From assembly GCF_902652985.1 (NCBI RefSeq), contig NC_047028.1, positions 1,302,001 through 1,366,000 of the forward strand: a DNA stretch of 64,000 nt, given 5' to 3'. Under the pieces are notes generated by a model, which saw only the letters and a list, made by a program, of their open reading frames with translations, was not told the DNA's origin and did not search any database. A program made the translations under genes and the position numbers. Below, piece by piece: positions 42,601-54,400 of the stretch. Within the stretch, counting starts at the first letter, position 1, and each line of letters begins with the position of its first letter. Source of the DNA: Pecten maximus. Lineage: Eukaryota.

Positions 42601-45600
42601 GTATTCAATGTCTTTATCATTATCTATTAAATACAGGATAACTTTCTAAACTGGCCCCTATGTTATCCGAATGGCTTTTATACAGTGTTTCTGTTAAGAT
42701 CCAAATCCCTGTCCATTCCAGCTTTTCTGTTTTGGTCCTGATATTTCCCTCTAAAATTATATCATTCAACAATCTACCTCTACATGACGGACACCTGTAT
42801 TAACCGGTCAATATTTTGAGATTTACGACTTCCTGTTTTGACAGTATACTCTGAAATAAGATTCAGCTTATTTTTATTTTCTAATTTCGGTATGGAATTA
42901 CTACTTACAAAACCCCATTCTACAATAATATTATTAAAATAAAAAATTAAAATATTAAAATTATTATGGAAAAAACTGAAAACAAAAAAAAATAGCAGGT
43001 GTTGATTTGAGTTTTAATAGCTTAATTGCTTTAAAGCATTATTTATGTGTATAATTGAAAATGTTTCTTTTTATGTTTTTAGAAAAACAACACTTCCAGA
43101 TCCTTTGTTGCTCAGACATTGGCATCAGGACCAGCAGCAACTCCAACAGTTACTGATCATGTTGAACCACAGGAAGCAGCATACCAACTAGATGACGACA
43201 TACAGGATATTGTAGACAGTTGCCAAGACAGTACACGGTCACAGACCACACAGACATCCACTGCCGCAACATTCAACAATACGACCCAAACACCAATCTC
43301 TTTGCAAGGAACTTGGTTAATGTCTATTTTACTTTGGATGAACTATACAACAGGAATGTTAGTGGACGTGTTAGTGTTGGGCCTTCAAAGCGACGACTTA
43401 ATCCAGACAAGATTGAAATTGTGCGAAGAGAAGTATTCACATACTTTCCGTGTCTACCCTCTGAGGAGAAGAAACTGTGGTCAGACTGTGTGCGAGGTAT
43501 TGACAAGGCAAATGTCTATCTGTGGAATGTGATTCGCAAGAAGTACAACCTTTCAGCCATCATGGATTACCTATCATAGAAACTAAATATTTTCAAGACA
43601 GTAATCTTGTGTGCCGGGAAAATGGCTATTCGAGTAAATCTTTACTCCAACGCAGGACTCATAAATTAATGGGTATACCGCTCATAGAAATGTGACAACA
43701 AATGACAATAATTGTGTGAAACAATTTATTAATCATGAGCATGTAATTGCAAATATGTTTCATGAATCAATCAGAGACTCCTAATACATGATTGTATGGT
43801 TTAACTTTTCAATGAATATTATGTTGACAGTAGTAATGAGATGAATTAAAATATCATAGAAGATTATGTTGCATCTCATCGCCTCCTATTTCATATTAAA
43901 TGAAATTGAATTGCTATGGTGTCTTTTGTTTTATCATTGGTATATTTATATATATATATACAAGTATATATATTAACAGTTCATAATGTTTATACAAGCA
44001 CTTAGTAAGGGTTAAGCTATCCGTCTCTTCATCCGTGCTAACATATAAACACTTATACCCTGACGGGCCACCCTGAGCTCGGATAACTTCTGGTACAACT
44101 TTGTACAGATGATTAGTGTATCTGTTGCACATTGATGGTGTCACAGTTGACCAGAACTCCTTAATGCCTTCAATCAGTTCTTGTTTGTTCCGTGGCTTTT
44201 TACACTTTCGGATGTGGTGTTTCAAACCAGCCCATAAATTCTCAATTGGGTTCATGTCGGGGGACTCTGGAGGTGTTGGCCAGTGGTTGATCTGGTTTTC
44301 TTCCATGAATGTCAAAGTTGATCGACTGACATGTTTTGGATCATTATCCTGCATCAGTCTGTGATTATTTGGATACACATTTCTAATAAATGGAACAAGT
44401 TGAGTTTTAAGTATGTCCTGGTAATAGTCAGAGTTCATTCTACCTGTGAAAATGTGTATATCAGTAGCACCTCTCCTAGAAATTCCTGCCCATACATGCA
44501 GTTGAAATGGATGTTTAGGCTTCCCTTTTAAGGTGGTAGTATTTCTGTCTCCCAGCTTATAAAGTGTTCTGCGGGTGGTTGTTTGAATTTTGATGGTAGA
44601 TTCGTCTGTGAAAATAACATCATCAAAGTTTTCTTTCGACTTCACACATTTAACAGCATAACTAAATCGCTTGCCTCTATTCTGTACACGGATAGTCTGA
44701 CAGTACTGAGTAGATTTACTGGTCCATCCTAACCGCTTTCGGGCTAACCGAACAGTCCATGAGGATACACAAACATTGAACACGCGTTTCAATCTCAGAG
44801 CGAGATCTGCTGATGAAAGTTCATTGTTTTCCTTCAACGCATTGTCAATATAGTCCAAGTGGTCTGAATTAAGCTTTGATGCTTTCCTGACAGCTGATGA
44901 TTTTATTTCAATAGTGTTAGTTTTCCTAAACCTGTTAACCAATTTGTTAACAGTTTTACGGCTTATTTTAACATTGTCCACCTTAACTATTTCATTTACA
45001 ATTTTGGTCTGGTTAAGGCCACTCAGATGGAGAGCTACGATCCTTTCCTTCAAGTAAGGAGATAGCCTTACTGTTCTGATTGCCATAGCTGAACTGAAGC
45101 AGTAAGCCAACCTGAGGTTACACATCCTGCTTTGCACAGCTTCATCATTCGAAGCCATACAATGACATATATTGACATGGGTATTTCTGTGAACACAGTA
45201 TACAGTACCTGTAGCTGGCTACTAATTAACTCACCTGGTACAGGTTTCACAAGTGTCTGGCCAGAGTCAGTCATGCATGGCCACTAATTATAACATATAC
45301 TGACACTTATTGATGGTAGTACACTGTACAGGTACATACTAGTGTGAACATGGTATCAGAACAATAATAACCAAGGTAATCCCCATATATGTGTAGTAAA
45401 TATTTGTTTTAATCATACTTTTAATATATAAGCCTATATAAATTATTCAGTTTATTCATAAATACTTCACAGTTAGTTGCAGTTATTGTTTAACCTGCAC
45501 GTACTGGGTGAATACACTTTCCTTTCATGTAATGAATGTCTGACAATTATTAAAGAACATAATTCATAAATACTGTAAAATTGCAAAATTGATAATTGAT

Positions 45601-46213
45601 CTATACATTAAAAACCCTTTAAATTCAGACATAAATATACAAAAAACTGATGCTTAAACAGTTATTTTATTTCAAATTCCTAAATAGATAGTACTACATT
45701 TTATCTGCATGTTAATAACATGTGAAATAATAGCAATAAACTACATAGGAACCAGATTAGGGTATACATTCTTTTTTATCATTATAAAATTTGATATATC
45801 TGTATGCAGGCATTTTCATTACATGAATTTACAGTAAAAATATTCCTAGAATTAAGACTAAACAAATGTAAATTATAATACAAATAGACTAAAGGTAATA
45901 TGTAAAATATAATTATTTATATATAGATTACATATCAGTATCAATGTATTTATAATACATTGTATGATATAGTCTGATTATAGACCCAGGCAGACTTGAA
46001 GCCTGATAGGACTCCAGGTAGACTCGGAGTCCACTTGGAGTGCACTCCAAGTTTACCTGGAGTCCAAACGGAGTGCACTCCAAGTCCAAACGGAGTGCAC
46101 TCGGAGTGCACTTGGGTGTAACCTTTAGTCTACACTCAACTGTATCTCTGTTTTGAAATAGTGTCCAGTGTGTCACGATACGTCACTTCGCTTCGGGGCG
46201 TCTTTTTTTCCAT
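36687..46213 (-). CDS. SWIM zinc finger + YqaJ/lambda-exonuclease + PHD finger protein of ISL2EU (~619 aa); exon 1 (46213-46143 + 39056-38801) split by Tc1, exon 2 = 38219-36687
   Basis: SWIM AHCNCMAGLGEACTH; YqaJ motifs GRITAS, WG..HE, ASPDG, EIKCP, YYYQVQTQ; PHD YCFCQ..CDNQNC..WFHLSC..WFCPDC. Removing the Tc1 element and one TA gives an in-frame MEKKTPRSEVTYRDTLDTISKQRYDDKLALIGNEDPY. Confidence 0.9.
39059..39216 (+). repeat. Left TIR of Tc1 element with reiterated (G)GAGTGCACTCC palindromes
   Basis: Reverse complement of 45984-46142 with few mismatches; five AGTGCACT cores. Confidence 0.95.
40190..43579 (+). CDS. BEND5-like BEN-domain protein (~278 aa), 4 exons (40190-40217, 40926-41087, 42448-42596, 43083-43579), one probable 1-nt deletion at ~43220
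   Basis: Phase-consistent GT-AG splicing. N-terminal domain YGAFYFTEDN...CLWDGKTVKAVVINISNSRALL resembles BEND5-type N-termini; T/S/P-rich linker; C-terminal NLFARNLVNVYFTLDELYNRNVSG..KRRLNPDKIEIVRREVF..FP...EEKKLWSDCVRGIDKAN fits the BEN consensus. Domain call is by eye, not HMM. Confidence 0.75.
43914..45158 (-). CDS. Tc1-like transposase, DD34E
   Basis: N-terminal HTHs (ERIVALH..G....IV; VSSWTVRLAR); catalytic IFTDES, MQDNDPKH, SPDMNPIE with 34 residues between the second D and E. Likely true start 45086 and true end near GGPSGY (~44053). Confidence 0.95.
   Translation of the reverse strand: MASNDEAVQSRMCNLRLAYCFSSAMAIRTVRLSPYLKERIVALHLSGLNQTKIVNEIVKVDNVKISRKTVNKLVNRFRKTNTIEIKSSAVRKASKLNSDHLDYIDNALKENNELSSADLALRLKRVFNVCVSSWTVRLARKRLGWTSKSTQYCQTIRVQNRGKRFSYAVKCVKSKENFDDVIFTDESTIKIQTTTRRTLYKLGDRNTTTLKGKPKHPFQLHVWAGISRRGATDIHIFTGRMNSDYYQDILKTQLVPFIRNVYPNNHRLMQDNDPKHVSRSTLTFMEENQINHWPTPPESPDMNPIENLWAGLKHHIRKCKKPRNKQELIEGIKEFWSTVTPSMCNRYTNHLYKVVPEVIRAQGGPSGYKCLYVSTDEETDSLTLTKCLYKHYELLIYILVYIYINIPMIKQKTP
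45984..46142 (-). repeat. Right TIR of Tc1 element
   Basis: Inverted copy of 39059-39216, followed by TA. Confidence 0.95.
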
Positions 46214-46891
46214 ATTTGCTCATTCATTTGTTAGAAAATACCAGGCAATTATCGGACAATATTATGTCAACAAACAATGGCGAAGCGTGACCTCCAATAT
46301 GGCCACGGGTCACTGGATAGGTCGTGGCAAGTCACGTGACTAAAAACTATGTATTAACGCGAGAAAACACAATGAGTTAACTTCCATAGTAACTCGGAAA
46401 CCACTAGAAAAATCCTCAGCTTCCCGAGGGTAAATATCCTCCGAAAATCCCAGACCTATGTCCTGCATCATATCCCGAGTAAATAGATCTCTCATTACAA
46501 CTTCAATATAATAGAGAACACAACTGCTAAACACACAGTCAAAACGTTCCATTACTCAATATTTCTTTGTGAAACACACAACTATATGATGTGGGTAGCG
46601 GAGATAAATCCACAAGCTCGAGGCAAGCACTTCTAGGGTTAAAATCCATTTCCGAACAAAGTTTCCGAATATATACCGTTCCTTTGTAAACTAAGAGTAA
46701 CGGACTTAAAACACACAGTTTTCGTGCTCTCGATAGCACTATAGGATTTGACGAGTTGTATGAATCCAATCGTACCAAACTCCGTCGAACGAAAGACATC
46801 ACAGTTTTTCGTAGAATTCTTACATCCATAGTGTTAGTTCCAGTTTATCACAACCACCTTTTAAAACCATCCCACCGCTGCTGCCACCAAT

Positions 46892-47650
46892 TGTAACGTC
46901 CGCTCTCCATAAACACGGGACGTGAAAGTTCTTTTTGGGATTGTTGTGGTGTGATAAACATAATTCAACACTGGATATAAAGTTTACTTATATTTATTAA
47001 TCCACAGGAAAATCCCGAAGGTACAATACAATCCAATGAAGTTTCATCCATCTTCCACACTATCGCCGGCGCATTCACACTTAACAGTTCACACACATTT
47101 AAACAAAACTAAGTCCTCACATCCTAAATATGTACATCCAAACGGCACTAAGTCCGTTTAGACTGAAAGCTGCTGGAGAACTCCTTATGCTTGATTGATT
47201 GATTGATGGGGCTTAACGTCCTTGTTCCGGTTATAACCGAGCCTAGGACACAACTCCTTATGCAAAACGCGCAAGTCTTTTTATATCCCCTGAGAGTTAA
47301 TTAATATGTATTATTTGACGATGTGGTCAATTGACCAATCATGACCTTTACCCCGAAATATGGGCGTATCTACACCCCATAACGTCATTTCCAAATATAG
47401 CCCTAGGCACTGACCACTGGTCCCACGGACCGTGTGCTACCTAATAACGACTGACTTTCAGGTGCTACCGTTTGGTTATATTTTACCTTGATATAGAATG
47501 GAGGGTGTAAACCTAAAACGGGTTAATTAACTACTGATCTAAGGGAAGCAACTCGAATAGATTTGGCTGACTATAGCGTATAGCTTTAACTACTCTAGGT
47601 AACTTTGAACACATAACATGTAAAACTTGTCTATTTCCTAGTTCACGACA
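46892..47650 (-). repeat. 5' LTR (759 bp)
   Basis: Direct repeat of 28619-29375; PBS adjacent; followed by TTAC TSD. Confidence 0.93.
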
Positions 47651-48489
47651 TTACTTCACATAGACATAAGAACAGTTTTGATATACATATTGTTGTTCGA
47701 GATGACCAAGCTACACGCGTACGACTTATGTGTTTTTTCGGCATAGCCGTACATTGTATAATATTCTTTTGGTCCCGGATATGACGCGATAGGTGGCATT
47801 ACCGGTCAAGATGAAGTATGTGATTGGTCAATGTAGCGGTAAATGCAAAATGCAGATATGGAGTTAAAAACGAAACAAAGTTAAGATTGACTGCAAGCTG
47901 AATAAGTGGATGTATCTTTACAAATGACATATTAATAAAATTATATTCCTGATTCAAATGCAGTTTTATTATCTAGTAATGTTACCAGACATTTGTTTAT
48001 TAAGGGTATATCTGTTACCAACTATCCTTGGAGGTAAATAATGTATGTTATATATGATGGGGATCAATGACATACGATATATAATTACAACTATTTTCAG
48101 AATTTCCGATGAAGACAAAGTCTGATCAAACCTTCTTTTCATATTAAACTTTTTTCCGCCTCAACTTTTGGAAAATCTTTGCAGTTAAGCAAAGGGAATA
48201 TTCTCTAATTTCTTTGCAAAAAAAACAACAACAAGAAAGCTATCTGTATAGGTATGTATCAGTCTTGTTTCCTGTGGTGTATAGTGTCATTGTACAAGTT
48301 GCTTCCCCTGACCTGTAAGTGACTTTGCATTGTGATTTTTAAAATTGTTGTATAATGATCAATATCAATGGAACAAATATTTCGTTAAAACAGCACATTA
48401 TCTTTCTAAGGCGTGAAAAACCTTTATGACATGTTAAAGTGTGAAAATATTATATTGTGACAAGATGCATCATTTTTTCGTCCAATGGC

Positions 48490-51400
48490 TTCTACAGTGT
48501 CTATATCGTCAGTTGTTGATTCTACAGTATGTACTACAGTGTCTGTATCGTCAGTTGTTGATTCTACAATAGGTACTACAGTGTCTGTATCGTCAGTTGT
48601 TGATTCTACAATAGGTACTACAGTGTCTGTATCGTCAGTTGTTGATTCTACAATAGGCACTACAGTGTCTGTATCATCAGTTGTCGATTCTAAAATAGGT
48701 ACTACAGTGTCTCTATCGTCAGTTGTTGATTCCACAATAGGTACTACAGTGTCTGTAACGTCAGTTGTTGATTCTACAATAGGTAATACAGTGTTTGTAT
48801 CATCAGTTGTTGATTCTACAATAGGTACTATAGTGTCTGTATCGTCAGTTGTTGATTCTACAATAGGTACTACAGTGTCTGTATCGTCAGTTGTTGATTC
48901 TACAATAGGTACTACAGTGTCTGTATCGTCAGTTGTTGATTCTACAATAGGTACTACAGTGTCTGTATCGTCAGTTGTTGATTCTACAATAGATACTACA
49001 GTGTCTGTATCGTCAGTTGTTGATTCTACAATAGGTACTACAGTGTCTGTATCGTCAGTTGTTGATTCTACAATAGGTACTACAGTGTCTGTATCGTCAG
49101 TTGTTGATTCTACAATAGGTACTACAGTGTCTGTATCGTCAGTTGTTGATTCTACAATAGGTACTACAGTGTCTGTATCGTCAGTTGTTGATTCTACAAT
49201 AGGTACTACAGTGTCTGTATCGTCAGTTGTTGATTCTACAATAGGTACTACAGTGTCTGTATCGTCAGTTGTTGATTCTACAATAGGTACTACAGTGTCT
49301 GTATCGTCAGTTGTTGATTCTACAATAGATACTACAGTGTCTGTATCGTCAGTTGTTGATTCTACAATAGGTACTACAGTGTCTGTATCGTCAGTTGTTG
49401 ATTCTACAATAGGATACTACAGTGTCTGTATCGTCAGTTGTTGATTCTACAATAGGTACTACAGTGTCTGTATCGTCAGTTGTTGATTCTACAATAGGTA
49501 CTACAGTGTCTGTATCGTCAGTTGTTGATTCTACAATAGGTACTACAGTGTCTGTATCGTCAGTTGTTGATTCTACAATAGATACTACAGTGTCTGTATC
49601 GTCAGTTGTTGATTCTACAATAGGTACTACAGTGTCTGTATCGTCAGTTGTTGATTCTACAATAGATACTACAGTGTCTGTATCGTCAGTTGTTGATTCT
49701 ACAATAGATACTACAGTGTCTGTATCGTCAGTTGTTGATTCTACAATAGGTACTACAGTGTCTGTATCGTCAGTTGTTGATTCTACAATAGGTACTACAG
49801 TGTCTGTATCCTTTCGTTGATTTGATTCCATGGGTACTTTAATGTCCTTACGTCAGTTGTTGATTCACAATGGGTTTACTACATGTCTGCAGCCTTTTTT
49901 TTTCTAAGTAGATCCTCATTGCCCTGATCTCGTTGTTGCTACAATATTACTCCCCTTGCTGTATCGTCTTTTGTTGATTCTTAGTAGGTACTACAGTGCC
50001 TGTATCGTCCGTTTTGATTTTTTATAGGTACTACGTGTCTGACGCCATTGTTTATTCTACAGTAGATACTACGTGTCTGATCATCAGTTGTTGATTTTTT
50101 AAATAGTTACTCTTTATGTACTCATTGTTGATTCTAATACTTTGTGGGTACAATGTGTGTACGTCTTTTGTTATTCTACAATAGATCTACGTGGTTATCG
50201 TCATTTTTGATTCTCAATAAAATACTACAGTGTCTGTACCCTGTTGTTGATCTACAATGAAACTACATGCACCGTTTTTTGTTGATTTCCCTAAAAGATA
50301 CTAAGTGTCTGTATCGTCAGTTGTTGATTCTACAATAGGTACTACAGTGTCTGTATCGTCAGTTGTTGATTCTACAATAGGTACTACAGTGTCTGTATCG
50401 TCAGTTGTTGATTCTACAATAGTACTACAGTGTCTGTATCGTCAGTTGTTGATTCTACAATAGGTACTACCATGTCTGTATCGTCAGTTGTTGATTCTAC
50501 AATAGGTAGTACAGGGTCTGTATCGTCAGTTGTTGATTCTACAATAGGTACTACAGTGTCTGTATCGTCAGTTGTTGATTCTACAATAGGTACTACAGTG
50601 TCTGTATCGTCAGTTGTTGATTCTACAATAGGTACTACAGTGTCTGTATCGTCAGTTGTTGATTCTACAATAGGTACTACAGTGTCTGTATCGTCAGTTG
50701 TTGATTCTACAATAGGTACTACAGTGTCTGTATCGTCAGTTGTTGATTCTACAATAGATACTACAGTGTCTGTATCGTCAGTTGTTGATTCTACAATAGG
50801 TACTACAGTGTCTGTATCGTCAGTTGGTTGATTCTACAATAGGTACTACAGTGTCTGTATCGTCAGTTGTTGATTCTACAATAGGTACTACAGTGTCTGT
50901 ATCGTCAGTTGTTGATTCTACAATAGGTACTACAGTGTCTGTATCGTCAGTTGTTGATTCTACAATAGGTACTACTGTGTCTGTATCGTATGTTGTTGAT
51001 TCTACAGTAGATACTACAGTGTCTGTATCGTCAGTTGTTGATTCTACAATAGGTACTACAGTGTCTGTATCGTCAGTTGTTGATTCTACAATAGGTACTA
51101 CAGTGTCTGTATCGTCAGTTGTTGATTCTACAATAGGTACTACAGTGTCTGTATCGTCAGTTGTTGATTCTACAATAGGTACTAGAGTGTCTGTATCGTC
51201 AGTTGTTGATTCTACAATAGGTACTACAGTGTCTGTATCGTCAGTTGTTGATTCTTACATAGGTACTACAGTGTCTGTATCGTCAGTTGTTGATTCTACA
51301 AGTAGTACTACAGTGTCTGTATCGTCAGTTGTTGATTCTACAGTAGATACTACAGTGTCTGTATCGTCAGTTGTTGATTCTACAGTAGGTACTACATTGT

Positions 51401-54400
51401 CTGTATCGTCAGTTGTTGATTCTACAATAGATACTACAGTGTCTGTATCGTCAGTTGTTGATTCTACAATAGGTACTACAGTGTCTGTATCGTCAGTTGT
51501 TGATTCTACAATAGATACTACAGTGTCTGTATCGTCAGTTGTTGATTCTACAATAGGTACTACAGTGTCTGTATCGTCAGTTGTTGATTCTACAATAGGT
51601 ACTACAGTGTCTGTATCGTCAGTTGTTGATTCTACAATAGATACTACAGTGTCTGTATCGTCAGTTGTTGATTCTACAATAGGTACTACAGTGTCTGTAT
51701 CGTCAGTTGTTGATTCTACAATAGGTACTACAGTGTCTGTATCGTCAGTTGTTGATTCTACAATAGGTACTACAGTGTCTGTATCGTCAGTTGTTGATTC
51801 TACAATAGGTACTACAGTGTCTGTATCGTCAGTTGTTGATTCTACAATAGGTACTACAGTGTCTGTATCGTCAGTTGTTGATTCTACAATAGGTACTACA
51901 GTGTCTGTATCGTCAGTTGTTGATCTACAATAGGTACTACAGTGTCTGTATCGTCAGTTGTTGATTCTACAATAGGTACTACAGTGTCTGTATCGTCAGT
52001 TGTTGATTCTACAATAGGTACTACAGTGTCTGTATCGTCAGTTGTTGATTCTACAATAGGTACTACAGTGTCTGTATCGTCAGTTGTTGATTCTACAATA
52101 GATACTACAGTGTCTGTATCGTCAGTTGTTGATTCTACAATAGGTACTACAGTGTCTGTATCGTCAGTTGTTGATTCTACAATAGTACTACAGTGTCTGT
52201 ATCGTCAGTTGTTGATTCTACAATAGATACTACAGTGTCTGTATCGTCAGTTGTTGATTCTACAATAGGTACTACAGTGTCTGTATCGTCAGTTGTTGAT
52301 TCTACAATAGGTACTACAGTGTCTGTATCGTCAGTTGTTGATTCTACAATAGGTACTACAGTGTCTGTATCGTCAGTTGTTGATTCTACAATAGGTACTA
52401 CAGTGTCTGTATCGTCAGTTGTTGATTCTACAATAGGTACTACAGTGTCTGTATCGTCAGTTGTTGATTCTACGTAGATACTACAGTGTCTGTATCGTCA
52501 GTTGTTGATTCTACAATAGGTACTACAGTGTCTGTATCGTCAGTTGTTGATTCTACAATAGGTACTACAGTGTCTGTATCGTCAGTTGTTGATTCTACAG
52601 TAGATACTACAGTGTCTGTATCGTCAGTTGTTGATTCTACAATAGTTACTACATTGTCTGTATCGTCAGTTGTTGATTCTACAGATAGGTACTACAGTGT
52701 CTGTATCGTCAGTTGTTGATTCTACAATAGGTACTACAGTGTCTGTATCGTCAGTTGTTGATTCTACAGTAGATACTACAGTGTCTGTATCATCAGTTGT
52801 TGATTCTACAATAGTTACTACAGTGTCTGTATCGTCAGTTGTTGATTCTACAATAGGTACTACAGTGTCTGTATCGTAGTTGTTGATTCTACAATAGATA
52901 CTACAGTGTCGTGTATCGTCAGTTGTTGATTCTACAATAGGTACTACAGTGTCTGTATCCGTCTGTTGTTGATTCTACAATAGATACTACAGTGTCTGTA
53001 CCGTCATGTTGTTGATTCTACAAGATACTACAGTGTCTGTATCGTCAGTTGTTGATTCTACAATAGGTTCTACAGTGTCTGTATCGTCAGTTGTTGATTC
53101 TACAATAGGTACTACAGTGTCTGTATCAGTCAGTTGTTGATTCTACAATAGGTTACTACAGTGTCTGTATCGTCAGTTATTGATTCAACAATAGGTACTA
53201 CATTGTCTGTATCGTCAGTTGTTGATTCTACAATAGGTACTACAGTGTTTGTATCGTCAGTTGTTGATTCTACAATAGGTACTACAGTGTCTGTAACGTC
53301 AGTTGTTGATTCTACAATAGGTACTACAGTGTCTGTATCGTCAGTTGTTGATTCTACAATAGGTACTACAGTGTCTGTATCGTCAGTTGTTGATTCTACA
53401 ATAGGTTACTACAGTGTCTGTATCGTCAGTTGTTGATTCTACAATAGGTACTACAGTGTCTGTATCGTCAGTTGTTGATTCTACAATAGGTACTACAGTG
53501 TCTGTATCGTCAGTTGTTGATTCTACAATAGGTACTACAGTGTCTGTATGGTCAGTTTGATTCTACAATAGGTCTACAGTGTCTGACGCCCTTGTTGATT
53601 CTACTATTTCCCCAAGGTCGTAATCGTCATTTTTGTTATTCTACAATAGGTACTACAGTGTCTTTCATCATTGTTGATTCTACATATTTTCAAGTGTCTA
53701 TATCGTCATTGTTGATTCTACAAAAATACTACATGTCTGTATCGTCATTGTTGATTCTACAATGGTTCTACAGGTCGTTCGTATATGTTGATTCTAAAAA
53801 TAGGTACTACAGTGTCAGTATCGTCTTTTGTTATTTACAAAAGGTACTGATTCGTATCATTAGTTGTTGATTCACAAAGGACTCCCAAGTGCGTATGCTT
53901 TGTTGTGTTAAAAAAGGGAAATAACTGGTCTTATCGTATTTTTTGATTCAAAGTGATACTACTTGCTGTATCGTATGATGTTGTTTTTCTAAAAATGGTA
54001 TTTAAGTTCTGTACGTCATTTTTGATCTCATGGGTCTACAGTGTCTGCTCGTCAGTTGTTTATTCTACAAGTAGATACTACAGTGTCTGTATCATCAGTT
54101 GTTGATTCTACAATAGTTACTACATTGTCTGTACCGTCTGTTGTTGATTCTATAGTAGGTACTACAGTGTCTGTATCGTCAGTTGTTGATTCTTAGTAGG
54201 TACTACAGTGTCTGTATCGCCAGTTGTTTATTCTACAGTAGATACTACAGTGTCTGTATCATCAGTTGTTGATTCTGCAATAGTTACTACAGTGTCTGTA
54301 TCGTCAGTTGTTGATTCTAGTACATTTAGGTACTACAGTGTGTCTGTATCGTCAGTTGTTGATTCTACAATAGATACTACAGTGTGTGTATCGTCAGTTG

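Larger units (their letters stand above)
39059..46142 (-). mobile_element. 7084-bp Tc1-family transposon with long TIRs carrying a BEN-domain cargo gene
   Basis: TA TSD (39057-58, 46143-44); ~158-bp TIRs starting CAGTTGAGTGTAGACTAAAGG (39059-39216, 45984-46142); DD34E transposase plus a second spliced gene. Confidence 0.95.
32953..46352. mobile_element. ISL2EU (PIF/Harbinger-related) DNA transposon with two convergent genes, interrupted by a Tc1 element
   Basis: AT|ACATAG...CTATGT|AT (2-bp AT TSD); imperfect TIRs with a shared inverted motif GCCATATTGGAGGT (33001-33014 and ~46290-46303); THAP-DDE transposase on + and SWIM-YqaJ-PHD gene on -. Confidence 0.85.
28619..47650 (-). mobile_element. 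Non-autonomous Gypsy-type LTR retroelement hosting a nested ISL2EU/Tc1 insertion
   Basis: ~758-bp TG..CA LTRs (28619-29375, 46892-47650); 4-bp TSD TTAC; PBS TGGTGGCAGCAGCGGTGGGAT (tRNA-Leu-like with a 3-nt insertion) next to 46892; PPT GAAAGAAGGGGGTTG next to 29375. Only an integrase C-terminal remnant is recognisable. Confidence 0.92.

Noticed and set aside
43119-43532. 137-aa ORF as an independent gene
   Set aside because: Its first part is the in-frame start of BEN gene exon 4. After ~43220 the conserved BEN sequence is in the other frame, so the rest is out-of-frame read-through.
43914-44052. C-terminal extension of the Tc1 transposase as an extra domain
   Set aside because: Tc1 transposases normally end just after the GG.T/S.Y motif. 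The extension is AT-rich and low-complexity, consistent with a lost stop (TAT AAG versus TAT TAA).
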